A stretch of DNA of 64,000 bases, from the NCBI GenBank assembly GCA_963664705.1, contig OY761556.1:448001-512000 (forward strand), given 5' to 3'. The notes below the pieces were generated by a model. It was not told the origin of the DNA. It made no database searches and saw only the letters and a list, made by a program, of their open reading frames with translations. A program made the position numbers and the translations under genes. Source of the DNA: Acidobacteriota bacterium (lineage in GTDB: Bacteria > Acidobacteriota > UBA6911). This document shows positions 9,276-18,871 of the stretch, in pieces (the stretch's first letter is position 1; each line of letters starts with the position of its first letter).

Positions 9276-10925
9276 TTATGCTGAGCGTCCAGCCATCAGG
9301 TCATGGACATGGAGGACGAAATTCGCTGCGACTCCGGTAATTCCAGGGCGGTGGGGGACCTTGTATAGCGGCCGGCGTAATTCGGGATGCCGGTCGACGA
9401 AGGCGCGAATATCTTCGATCTTCCTGCCGGTGCTTGCGAGCGCTTCCTGAAACTCGGCTTTTGCCTTCACTTTTGCCTCGCCCAGCGCCATCTGAACTCT
9501 GCTGTGCGCATTGATTTCGCCTTCGCCCGAGGTTTCAACGGGAAGGTAAATCATGTCCTTAAATCTGCTGGTGACGGCGGATTGAATGCCATCCGATTGC
9601 GAAGAGGGAAGGCATCCAAACGGCTTCAGGCTCAGCACCATGTGACAGAGTTTGTTTTTGTGATAGTAAATGTTCTTGCCCACTTCGAGATATCCCTCTC
9701 CGCCGCGAGCCAGAGGCTGGTAAAAGGGATTGGCCAAATAGGCGAGCTGCTTTTGTGGAACGAGTGTATGGGCGGTATCCCCCAGGGCTTTGATGATTTG
9801 ATGGTATTGCCCCGTGTATAGCCGCTCTCCTAAAGTCAGCAGCGCCCGCTTTTTCTGGAATCCTGCCTCGTTGGCCAGTTTCTCGCGGAAGGTCTTCGGT
9901 TCGCGGCATTGAGAATCCATGCCGCGCTTGGGATACATCTGCATTTTGGCGTGGGCCAGGAGGAACGAAATCCATGTCCCGATGGCTTCCGTCTGGACTT
10001 GCGCCCCTTCCTTTTCCAGAAAATCGAACATCTGGTAATTTCCGCCGCCTTCGGTTGTCTGGGCCCAGAACTCGCCGATTATCTTCACAACCGGCCTGAG
10101 GCGCAGCCGATCAACGGCAATACCGTCAATGCGCTTGCGGCAGCGTTCCATGACTTCCGAGAACTCCGGTCCGCGCATATGCTGGTGCATTTTGTAAATG
10201 AAGTGGATAAGTCCGCGAATCATATTTCTGTTCGCGAGGCGTTTCATGACCCACTTCGGAAGGTCTTTGGATTTATACGTGCGCAGATGGTCGCATAAAT
10301 CCTGGACGCAGAGATTCATGACGCGCGTGGTTTCGCCGGGATTAACCTCGTACGCCCTGATGTTGTAGGTCAAATCATTCAGCGTGTCTCCCAGATACAG
10401 GACCTTCAACATGCCAAGGCCGAAATCGATCGAATAGCGAAGTCCGGGAGCCTGGTCCTTTTGGAAAATCCCATCATCCTGCTGAAATCGCAGGACCCGA
10501 AACCCGTCAAATCCGGCATTCTGCAACGCAAGTCTGTATTCGGCGGCATACATGCCGAAGCGGCACGGACCGCAGGAGCCTGCTGTAAAGTACAGATAGT
10601 TGTCGACAATGTCCTGGCGCGAAATGCCATCCGCTTCAAGCCGTCGGAGGTACTGGATCAGGGCGCCGGAGGTGAAATATGCCGGGCTGCATTGGCCGTT
10701 GTTGCCGAATTCCTTGCCGAGATTAAAGGATTCCTGATCGGGAACAGGCAGGAGTTCGCACTTATGTCCGCTGCCCTGAAAAACGGCGCGGATGAATTCC
10801 TCATGCTTTCGTGTCAGACCCCCGACCAGAATAGTGACTTTATCCCGCTCCTCCACCTTAAACGGTCTTTCGAGGGGACGCCTGTACTGCGGTATTCGCT
10901 TATTTATTGAAAGTGCCGGCTCCAT
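9276..10925 (-). CDS. 2-hydroxyacyl-CoA dehydratase-like Fe-S partner of the activase
   Basis: GNNGQCSPAY, GSCGPCRFGMY, IIGEFW, GGEGYLEVG, LKPFGCLP motifs. Directly upstream of the activase on the same strand. Confidence 0.75.
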   Translation of the reverse strand: MEPALSINKRIPQYRRPLERPFKVEERDKVTILVGGLTRKHEEFIRAVFQGSGHKCELLPVPDQESFNLGKEFGNNGQCSPAYFTSGALIQYLRRLEADGISRQDIVDNYLYFTAGSCGPCRFGMYAAEYRLALQNAGFDGFRVLRFQQDDGIFQKDQAPGLRYSIDFGLGMLKVLYLGDTLNDLTYNIRAYEVNPGETTRVMNLCVQDLCDHLRTYKSKDLPKWVMKRLANRNMIRGLIHFIYKMHQHMRGPEFSEVMERCRKRIDGIAVDRLRLRPVVKIIGEFWAQTTEGGGNYQMFDFLEKEGAQVQTEAIGTWISFLLAHAKMQMYPKRGMDSQCREPKTFREKLANEAGFQKKRALLTLGERLYTGQYHQIIKALGDTAHTLVPQKQLAYLANPFYQPLARGGEGYLEVGKNIYYHKNKLCHMVLSLKPFGCLPSSQSDGIQSAVTSRFKDMIYLPVETSGEGEINAHSRVQMALGEAKVKAKAEFQEALASTGRKIEDIRAFVDRHPELRRPLYKVPHRPGITGVAANFVLHVHDLMAGRSA

Positions 10926-10987
10926 CAGATCTTCCTGTTCGAAAAAACAGGATATCTTATAACATCCCGTAAGCCATCTCTGAAGGA

Positions 10988-11015
10988 ATTTTTGATTTCA
11001 GATTTCAAATTTCAG
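10988..11015 (+). repeat. Tandem heptamer repeat
   Basis: ATTTTTG ATTTCAG ATTTCAA ATTTCAG; same unit as at 9202. Confidence 0.7.
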
Positions 11016-11133
11016 TCCGGTTTATTAATCCTGTGCTAAGGTTTGTCTTTGTTATTTACCCGGGTTGAGTCCATAAAAGGCGTAGTGGCAGCCGTAATAT
11101 GAGGAGTGCCTGGTCAAGGGTATTGAATTCCAT

Positions 11134-12399
11134 ATGTCCGATTCCATCATGACTACAGGTAAAGAGCATGATCCCTATGCCGCGCTGCGCTTGCGGGATT
11201 TCCGGCTTCTCCTGATTGGAAGGTTTATCACAAGTTTCGGGAGCGAAATGCTCACCTTCGCCATAGCCTGGGAGCTATGGATCCGGACGCATAGTGCCTT
11301 TTCACTTGGAATGGTAGGGTTGGTTCAGGTTCTTCCTATCCTGGTGTTCTCTTTGCCCGCGGGGCATGTGGCGGACCAGTTCAACCGGCGTCGCATTGTA
11401 ATGATGACGCGGGGTGCATATATGATCTGCGCGCTTGGGCTGGCATGGCTTTCCCATACTCAAGGCGCTATTCCCCTCATCTATCTATGTCTCATGGGGA
11501 TTGGGATCTGCCGGGCATTCAATGAGCCAGCGGCGTCCACGCTGATCCCGGAGACTGTGCCGCCGGAAGTTTTCACAAGCGCAGCCACGTGGATGAGCAG
11601 TACCTGGCAGCTTGCACTCATTGCAGGGCCTGCAGCGGCCGGTATTATTGTGGCGCTTATCGCGAAAGTGACAGTCATTTACATAGCGGATGCGTGTGCC
11701 TCTTTGGTGTTTCTGATCCTGCTGGGCATGATCAGGGGGCGTACCCTGGCGCTTTCCAGCCGATCGACCACCTGGGCTTCGCTGGCTGAAGGACTTCGAT
11801 TCATCCGTGATACCAAGGTCCTTTTTGCCGCCATTACGCTGGATATGTTTGCGGTGCTGTTTGGCGGAGCCGTGGCGCTGCTTCCGATTTATGCCACCGA
11901 TATTCTCAAGGTGGGGCCGCAGGGACTGGGTATTATGCGGGCGGCGCCTTCGGTAGGAGCGATCCTGATGGCCTTTGCGCTTGCCCACTTGCCGCCCTTT
12001 AAAAAGGCCGGAACAACCCTTCTGGTGGCGGTGGCAGGTTTTGGCGCCGCAACGATTGTTTTTGGTGTATCGAAGGTATTTTGGCTTTCTGTTCTAATGT
12101 TGGTTCTGCTTGGCGGGCTCGACAATATCAGCGTGATTATCCGCAGCACGCTCCTGCTGCTCCGCACGCCGGATGCCATGCGCGGGCGTGCATCCGCGGT
12201 CAATGGGATGTTCATCAGCGCTTCCAATGAACTGGGCGGTTTTGAATCCGGTTTAGCCGCATCTCTTCTGGGGCCCGTCGTGGCTGTGGTCGGAGGCGGC
12301 ATCTGCACGATCTTCGTCGCTGCGGCCATCGCGAAAATTTGGCCGGAAATGATTCAGTTGAGAACACTTACCGCAATTGAAAATGACTCTGCAACATAA
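11134..12399 (+). CDS. MFS transporter (DHA3/EntS-like)
   Basis: About 12 hydrophobic segments. Motifs AGHVADQFNRRRI, LDMFAVLFGGAVALLP, TPDAMRGRA, SNELGGFESG. Confidence 0.9.
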   Translation: MSDSIMTTGKEHDPYAALRLRDFRLLLIGRFITSFGSEMLTFAIAWELWIRTHSAFSLGMVGLVQVLPILVFSLPAGHVADQFNRRRIVMMTRGAYMICALGLAWLSHTQGAIPLIYLCLMGIGICRAFNEPAASTLIPETVPPEVFTSAATWMSSTWQLALIAGPAAAGIIVALIAKVTVIYIADACASLVFLILLGMIRGRTLALSSRSTTWASLAEGLRFIRDTKVLFAAITLDMFAVLFGGAVALLPIYATDILKVGPQGLGIMRAAPSVGAILMAFALAHLPPFKKAGTTLLVAVAGFGAATIVFGVSKVFWLSVLMLVLLGGLDNISVIIRSTLLLLRTPDAMRGRASAVNGMFISASNELGGFESGLAASLLGPVVAVVGGGICTIFVAAAIAKIWPEMIQLRTLTAIENDSAT

Positions 12400-12737
12400 G
12401 GTCCGCCGCTTTGCTTGCGCTGACAACCTTCTTCATTTGGTTAGAGCGTACTAGTACGTAAGTACTTTTGCCCAGCGAGAAATAGGTAATCTCGCGAATT
12501 GTTCGCCTCCCCCTGCTTTCTATATAAACATGCTCGAATACAAGAGCTGATATGGAACGATTCGGAGCTGTCTCATTCAATGATCTCCACCGCGACGGAA
12601 TCACTGTCTGGTTCCTGATCCCATAAGTATTCCTCCGCTCCCTTTCCCGGGATCGGAGTCGGCACGTGGCTTCTCTAAGAAAAAGTATTTCAAGCAGTTA
12701 GCAGGTACACGCTTTACACGTTGAGGGAGGAACCTAC

Positions 12738-15700
12738 ATGACGAGGCGCAAAAGAAGGGTCCCGATGCTTCTTGCATTGGCGGCAATGACGGCGCTGGCT
12801 TGGGGGACAGTCCAAAGCTGGTCGCAATCGTCTGGAAACTCAAATAAGAAACTAAAGTATATAAATTTGAAACCAACAACGGCCGAAAAAAAGGCGGCGG
12901 CAGGACGTGCCGCAGCCCTCGGCCTTAAACCCGGAGTAGCCGGTCTGGCCACTCCGCTGGCGGCTGCGGCTCCTCTTCCCCCTCTCAATGGGGTAAATCA
13001 GGGGCCAGGCGGCGTACCGCATTATTTCGGTCCTTACGGCAACTGGGCCTATAGCCCCCTGCCCGTAGGAAATTTGAACGCTGCATTAACGGTGGATGCT
13101 CCCGGAATCGGATATACGGCTCCGGTGATCACCATCACGGATGCTTACGATAGCACCAAGAGCGATACTGCCAGTGCAACCCTGGATGCAACGGGTGCAA
13201 TCACTGCCATCGCGCTCGCATCCGCCGGCACCGGATACACTGCTCCTGTGGTGACCATCACGGATGCAACCGGAACGGGTGCCGCCGCCACGGCGACGCT
13301 GAATGTTGCCACGCTCTCTGGCGGCATGCGCAAATTCGTTGATAGTTTGCCGCAGCTCGGCCTGGCCAACAACCTCGGTCAATATATTCCCCTCGGCGTT
13401 AAGGATATTGCCAAATATCCGGGATCCGACTATTACGAAATAGCCGTGGTGGAGTATAACGAACAAATGCACTCAGACCTCCCGGCCTCCGGTACAAAAA
13501 TGAGAGGCTATGTGCAGATTGAGCCTCCGGGATCTACGACAACTCCCGCGGGGAGCAAACATGTTCTATTGACTGGCGTCACCTACAACGGGCAGCAGGT
13601 ATATGGCTATGACAAGCCGCATTTCCTGGGACCTGTTATCGTTGCCCAAGGCGCAGCTCATGGCGTAGCAAGTCCGGCTGGTAGTCCTGTGCCGGTTCGC
13701 ATCAAATTTTACAATCTGCTTCCAACCGGTGCTGCAGGGAACCTCTTCCTGCCTGTGGATGAAACTATCGCAGGCGCAGGCGTAGGGCCGGCTCTGCCCG
13801 GTACGGCAGGCAGCAAATACACGCAGAACCGCGCTACCATTCATAACCACGGCAACAACACCGTGTGGATTAGCGACGGCAATACTCACCAGTGGATCAC
13901 ACCTGCAACTGAAATCACCCCTTATCCCAAGGGCGTCAGCGCCTATAGCGTCCCGGATATGAAGGATACCGCAGGCAACGTGATCTGCTCCGCTGCAAAT
14001 AGCGGATGCCAGACTTTCTTCTATACCAATGCGCAGAGTGCCAGGCTGATGTTCTATCATGACCATGCCATGGGCATTACGCGCCTCAACGTGATCGCCG
14101 GCGAAGCGGCGGGTTATGTCATCACCGATGCAGTCGAATCGGATCTGATCAATGGTACCAATGTGTCCGGGATTAACGGCGTGGACGCTACCGGCGCTCC
14201 CATTCCGGGTACCTACAAGAAGGTTCTTCCCGATATAGGTATTCCCCTGGTCATTCAAGACAGGACTTTCGTGGATGCCAACACCATCTTTGCTCAGGAT
14301 CCTACCTGGAACTGGGGCACGGGACCGAAAAATGCAGCCGGAAATATAACCGGAGCTGTAACGGGAGACCTCTGGTATCCCCATGTCTACATGTCCGCCG
14401 AAAATCCATGGGATCTCACGGGCACAAATCCCTTCGGCCGCTGGATGTATGGCCCCTGGTTCAATCCTCCGGTGCCCACGTGCGTGAATGGTGGTCCGGT
14501 GGGTTGTATTGACGTCGGCCCCATCCCGAACGAATATCACCAGGCAGACTGCGACCTGGTACCGCCGGGACCCGGCTGTACTGCTCCCTGGGAGCCGCCA
14601 ATGAGACCGGGCGTACCAAATCCGTCCATTGCCGGTGAAGGCTTCCTGGATACTCCCATTGTTAACGGCACAGCCTATCCGTACCTTGTGGTTGAGCCGA
14701 AGGCTTATCGGTTCCGCGTCCTGAATGCGGCTAACGACCGGATGTTCAACCTGCAGCTCTATGTGGCCGCAGATAAAACCGGTCCATCGACGGTAGCTGG
14801 AGCAGTTGACCCTGTAACCAAGCTTCCGGTGGTGCCAACACTTTGCACAGGCAGTGCAACCACTGCCGCCAATTGCACCGAGGTCGCCATGCGCCTTATG
14901 ACGCAGAGCGACCTGAATCAGGTGGCGAATACGCCGAGTGGGCTTCCTATCGAAGCGAACAAGGGACCCGACTGGATTCAGATCGGAACTGAAGGCGGAT
15001 TCCTGCCGGCGCCGGTTGTCGTGCCACAGCAGCCTGTTGGCTGGAACATGGACGCGACGGTATTTAACGTCGGCAATGTCAACCAGCACTCGCTCCTCTT
15101 GGGTTCGGCCGAGCGTGCGGATGTAGTGGTGGACTTCACTGCATTTGCCGGCAAAACCCTCATTCTTTACAATGATGCTCCCGCGGCATTCCCTGCTGGT
15201 GTTGCTACCTATGACTATTTCACGGGCGTAGCAAACCAGATGGATGTCGGCGGTGCGCCAACCACGCAGCCCGGGTATGGTCCCAACACCCGTACCATTA
15301 TGCAGATCCGCGTGGGAACGACGGTATCCACGCCGACGACTGACGTCACGCTTGCAAACTTGCAGGCGGCGTTTGCCAAGACAGCTACTAAGCGTGGAGT
15401 CTTTGAAGTATCCCAGGATCCGGTCGTTGTGCCGCAGACTGTTTACAATTCGGCATACAACGCCACGTTCCCGACGAATGTACCGGAGCAATTCGGACAG
15501 ATCGCCGATACTTCGAAAACCTTCAAGCCTATCGACCCGGCAACGGGGCAGCAGGTGACGACTCCCGTCACATTGCCTTTTGAAATGAAGGCGATGCACG
15601 ACGAGATGAGCGGCGTATATGACACGATGTTCGGCCGTATGAGCGGGATGCTTGGAGACAGTCTCCCGACTTCGCCGGTGCATGTGCTGCTTCCCTACCC

Positions 15701-17180
15701 CTACTCGGCACCGCCGACTGACCTGGTGCAGGGTTCCGTCCCCGGAACTCCAGTCGCGGTACTGCCCGACGGTACGCAGATCTGGAGAATCTTCCACAAT
15801 GGCGTGGATACCCACACCATCCATACGCACCTGTTCCACTCCCAGCTCCTTAACCGTGTCAGCCAGGACGGATTGGTAATGATGCCTCCTGATCCGGAAG
15901 AACGGGGCTGGAAGGATACCTTCAGGATTAACCCCCTGGAGATCACCTACCTTGCGATGAGACCGACCATTCCCACTTCCGCGGAGCTTCCGTTCGAGGT
16001 TCCAGACAGCATTCGTTTGATCGACCCGACGCTGCCCGAGGGGGCGACGCTTCCTCCACCCGCGCCGGCGGGATGGTTCGATCCTACTGGTGTCGGGATC
16101 ACCGAGATCCTTAACCATAAGGTCAACTTCGGTTGGGAATATGTGTGGCACTGCCACATTCTTGCCCACGAAGAGATGGACATGATGCACTCCCTGGTGT
16201 TTGCGGTTCCGCCTCTGGCGCCGACCAATCTTAGCGCCGCGCCGGCGGGGACTACCAACAACCCGAGAGTCAATCTGAGCTGGACGGACAATTCGATCAA
16301 AGAGCTGAAGTACGTCCTGGTAAGGGCGACTGATGCTAATTTCTCGACGGGATTGACCACCATCGATCCCAAGTTGACCACGACTCTCACCAAAGGTACT
16401 GTGAACTATCAAGACACGACCGTCGTGAAAAACACAAAGTACTGGTACAAGGTGGCAGCGTTGGGCAACACAGTCGGCGACACGCAGGCTTATCCTGCCC
16501 CGTCGGTTGGCTTCCCGACGATGGCTGCCGACTCCATTTCCAACGTAGCTTCGGTGCAGCTCGGAGCGGCGCAGGGAACACCAACGGCGCCCACAGGCCT
16601 GACCGCGGCTCTGCAATCCGGGCCACAGGTGAGTTTGACCTGGAAGGATAACGCAACAAACGAGACCGGCTTTGCGATCATGCGTTGCACGGGAGCAGGT
16701 TGTACCGTATTCGCTCAGATTGCAACGGCGGGACCGAAGAGCAACACGGGCAATGTAACCTTTGTTGACACAACGGTGCAGTTTGGAAACAGTTACTCCT
16801 ACCAGGTGGTAGCAGTCAATGGGACGGGGTCTTCGGCTCCTTCCAACACCGTTACCGTGGTGATTCCGGCAATCCCGGCGGCTCCTACCAGTTTCACGAT
16901 AGTGGTGACACCGGCCAATGGCAACAAAGATACGGCAGCTCTGAGTTGGGGACCGGCTACCTGGCCTAATCCACAACCTACCAGCTTCACGATCGAGCGT
17001 GCCAACAACCTCACCTTCACAACCGGCCTGACTACCTTCACGGTTGCCGGCACGGCGAGAACTCTGTCGCAGAGTGTGAGCAAAAACACTGTCTACTATT
17101 ATCGCATCAAGGCGAACAATCAGTATGGCGGTTCATCCAATACGGTGAACGCGCTGCCGTTCCCTGTACTCACTCCGTAA
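12738..17180 (+). CDS. Large secreted multicopper oxidase with C-terminal fibronectin type III domains (Geobacter OmpB-like architecture)
   Basis: All four MCO copper motifs: HNHG, FYHDH, HTIHTHLFH, WHCHILAHEEMDMM. N-terminal signal peptide. Three FN3-like units (PPLAPTNL, PTAPTGL, PAAPTSF). GGAGG RBS. Confidence 0.9.
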   Translation: MTRRKRRVPMLLALAAMTALAWGTVQSWSQSSGNSNKKLKYINLKPTTAEKKAAAGRAAALGLKPGVAGLATPLAAAAPLPPLNGVNQGPGGVPHYFGPYGNWAYSPLPVGNLNAALTVDAPGIGYTAPVITITDAYDSTKSDTASATLDATGAITAIALASAGTGYTAPVVTITDATGTGAAATATLNVATLSGGMRKFVDSLPQLGLANNLGQYIPLGVKDIAKYPGSDYYEIAVVEYNEQMHSDLPASGTKMRGYVQIEPPGSTTTPAGSKHVLLTGVTYNGQQVYGYDKPHFLGPVIVAQGAAHGVASPAGSPVPVRIKFYNLLPTGAAGNLFLPVDETIAGAGVGPALPGTAGSKYTQNRATIHNHGNNTVWISDGNTHQWITPATEITPYPKGVSAYSVPDMKDTAGNVICSAANSGCQTFFYTNAQSARLMFYHDHAMGITRLNVIAGEAAGYVITDAVESDLINGTNVSGINGVDATGAPIPGTYKKVLPDIGIPLVIQDRTFVDANTIFAQDPTWNWGTGPKNAAGNITGAVTGDLWYPHVYMSAENPWDLTGTNPFGRWMYGPWFNPPVPTCVNGGPVGCIDVGPIPNEYHQADCDLVPPGPGCTAPWEPPMRPGVPNPSIAGEGFLDTPIVNGTAYPYLVVEPKAYRFRVLNAANDRMFNLQLYVAADKTGPSTVAGAVDPVTKLPVVPTLCTGSATTAANCTEVAMRLMTQSDLNQVANTPSGLPIEANKGPDWIQIGTEGGFLPAPVVVPQQPVGWNMDATVFNVGNVNQHSLLLGSAERADVVVDFTAFAGKTLILYNDAPAAFPAGVATYDYFTGVANQMDVGGAPTTQPGYGPNTRTIMQIRVGTTVSTPTTDVTLANLQAAFAKTATKRGVFEVSQDPVVVPQTVYNSAYNATFPTNVPEQFGQIADTSKTFKPIDPATGQQVTTPVTLPFEMKAMHDEMSGVYDTMFGRMSGMLGDSLPTSPVHVLLPYPYSAPPTDLVQGSVPGTPVAVLPDGTQIWRIFHNGVDTHTIHTHLFHSQLLNRVSQDGLVMMPPDPEERGWKDTFRINPLEITYLAMRPTIPTSAELPFEVPDSIRLIDPTLPEGATLPPPAPAGWFDPTGVGITEILNHKVNFGWEYVWHCHILAHEEMDMMHSLVFAVPPLAPTNLSAAPAGTTNNPRVNLSWTDNSIKELKYVLVRATDANFSTGLTTIDPKLTTTLTKGTVNYQDTTVVKNTKYWYKVAALGNTVGDTQAYPAPSVGFPTMAADSISNVASVQLGAAQGTPTAPTGLTAALQSGPQVSLTWKDNATNETGFAIMRCTGAGCTVFAQIATAGPKSNTGNVTFVDTTVQFGNSYSYQVVAVNGTGSSAPSNTVTVVIPAIPAAPTSFTIVVTPANGNKDTAALSWGPATWPNPQPTSFTIERANNLTFTTGLTTFTVAGTARTLSQSVSKNTVYYYRIKANNQYGGSSNTVNALPFPVLTP

Positions 17181-17197
17181 GAAAGCTGTTTCCCGTT

Positions 17198-17222
17198 GGG
17201 GAGGGAGAAATCCCTCCCCTTC
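17198..17222 (+). terminator. GC-rich hairpin after the multicopper oxidase gene
   Basis: GGGGAGGGA-GAAA-TCCCTCCCC followed by only TT, so it may be a weak terminator or an mRNA-stabilising stem. Confidence 0.5.
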
Positions 17223-17249
17223 ACCTCACTTCCTTTATCGAGAGGAAAT

Positions 17250-18869
17250 ATGAAGACGCCCGCAAGATACATCACAATTCTTCTCATAGCGGTGGCGATA
17301 TTTTTTGCCGGGTACATGGCCAACCGGCAATCGGATCCTTCTGCCGCTTCTGCTTACACAAAACAGGCAAGCTCCTATACCTGTCCCATGCATCCTCAGT
17401 ACAAATCCAGCCACTCCGGAGACTGCCCGATATGCGGCATGCGCCTTGAACTCGAACGGGCTGACGCCGGGGCTGCAACAAACTCAGAAACCTCTGGCAC
17501 GATCCCGGTCAATCGAGCATGGCAGCAAATGATCGGGGTTCAGACCGATGAGGTTCGTCAATCTGCCGGCGCTCAACATTTGCGCGTGCCCGGCCGAGTA
17601 ACGGTGGACGATCAGCGCCTGTACCGGATCCTCGCCGCAGCCGATGGTTGGATACTCAATCTCGGAGCCAATACTGTCGGTCGTTTCGTCAAACGGAATG
17701 AAGTGCTTGCCTCTTACTATACGCGCGATCTCCTGTCCTCCGAGCGGCTGTTTCTGTTGAGCACGGACGCGAACGACCCCTTGCACAAAGCGGATCCCAG
17801 CTATGCGACGATCCGGACATCGACGAGCGCCAATCCTCAATTTCCCGTAGATTCACTGCGCGGTCTCGGCATGAGTGATCTTCAGATCGAGGAAATTCAG
17901 CGCACCCGCAATCCCATGCCGCGCGTGGACATCTATTCACCAATTTCCGGTTATGTCATAGCTCGGAATGTTTCCCCGCAGCAGAGGTTCGACAAAGGCA
18001 CAGAGTTTTATCGGATTGCCGATATCAGCCACGTCTGGGTGATGACCGACATTCTCGAGAAAGACAGGGAATTCCTCAAACCCGGAGCCATGGCAACCGT
18101 TCGCTATCAGGGACGCGAATATCAGGCTCACATGAGCGATGCGTTGCCGCAGTTTGATCCACAGTCACGTATATTGAAGACACGCTTCGAACTCGACAAC
18201 CCGGGCATGATGCTTTTGCCCGATGTTTTCGTGGACGTTGAGCTTCACCTGGATCCGCCGGCAGCCATCACGGTGCCCGCCGATGCGGTTGTGGATTCCG
18301 GCCGGCATAAGATCGTTTATGTCGAGCGCGCAAGTTCAGAATTCGAGCCACGCGAGATAGAGACCGGGTGGCGCATGGGTGATCGCGTCCAAGTCACCAA
18401 AGGACTGGAGCCGGGCGAGCGCGTTGTCACATCCGGGAATTTCCTGATCGATTCCGAGGCACGCATGAAGCTTGTTTCCTACGCGCATTCCGATGATCAG
18501 GCTTCTCCTAAGAAGACGGTAAAGGATCCGGTATGCGGCATGGATATCGATCCGAACGGCCAGAACACTCTCAAGGCGGAATACAAGGGCCAGACATATC
18601 ATTTCTGCATGCAGGATTGCAAAACCAAGTTCCTGAACAACCCTGAAAAATACACCGGCAAGAAGCAACCGGATGCCCCCAAAATGGTAAAGGATCCGGT
18701 ATGCGGCATGGATGTGGATTCTCAATCTGCCAATACTCTCAAGACGGAGTACAAAGGGAAGACTTACCATTTCTGTAATGAGAGCTGCAAAAAAAGCTTT
18801 GAGGCAGATCCTGAAAAATACATTAACAAGGGAATGGCGCCCGGTCACAATCACATGAATCGGACTTAG
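17250..18869 (+). CDS. cusB: CusB-type RND periplasmic adaptor with N-terminal heavy-metal-binding domain and two C-terminal YHS domains
   Basis: YTCPMHP...CPICGM; membrane-fusion-protein core ending GERVVTSGNFLIDSE; two DPVCGM...YHFC...C YHS units. ATG 17250 with AGAGG RBS. Confidence 0.88.
   Translation: MKTPARYITILLIAVAIFFAGYMANRQSDPSAASAYTKQASSYTCPMHPQYKSSHSGDCPICGMRLELERADAGAATNSETSGTIPVNRAWQQMIGVQTDEVRQSAGAQHLRVPGRVTVDDQRLYRILAAADGWILNLGANTVGRFVKRNEVLASYYTRDLLSSERLFLLSTDANDPLHKADPSYATIRTSTSANPQFPVDSLRGLGMSDLQIEEIQRTRNPMPRVDIYSPISGYVIARNVSPQQRFDKGTEFYRIADISHVWVMTDILEKDREFLKPGAMATVRYQGREYQAHMSDALPQFDPQSRILKTRFELDNPGMMLLPDVFVDVELHLDPPAAITVPADAVVDSGRHKIVYVERASSEFEPREIETGWRMGDRVQVTKGLEPGERVVTSGNFLIDSEARMKLVSYAHSDDQASPKKTVKDPVCGMDIDPNGQNTLKAEYKGQTYHFCMQDCKTKFLNNPEKYTGKKQPDAPKMVKDPVCGMDVDSQSANTLKTEYKGKTYHFCNESCKKSFEADPEKYINKGMAPGHNHMNRT
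18518..18713 (+). repeat. Intragenic direct repeat encoding the tandem YHS domains
   Basis: GGTAAAGGATCCGGTATGCGGCATGGAT is identical at 18518-18545 and 18686-18713 (168-nt period). Confidence 0.9.
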
Positions 18870-18871
18870 CC

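Noticed and set aside
12400-12737. c-di-GMP/GEMM riboswitch or CutF-like uORF upstream of the multicopper oxidase
   Set aside because: No GGCAAAC...GAAA...GACGCAAA core. The only short ORFs lack Cys motifs and Pro-rich tails.
13566-16976. 1136-aa antisense ORF inside the multicopper oxidase gene
   Set aside because: It is in exact codon register with the sense gene, so it only reflects absence of TTA/CTA/TCA codons on the sense strand. The translation has no recognisable motifs.
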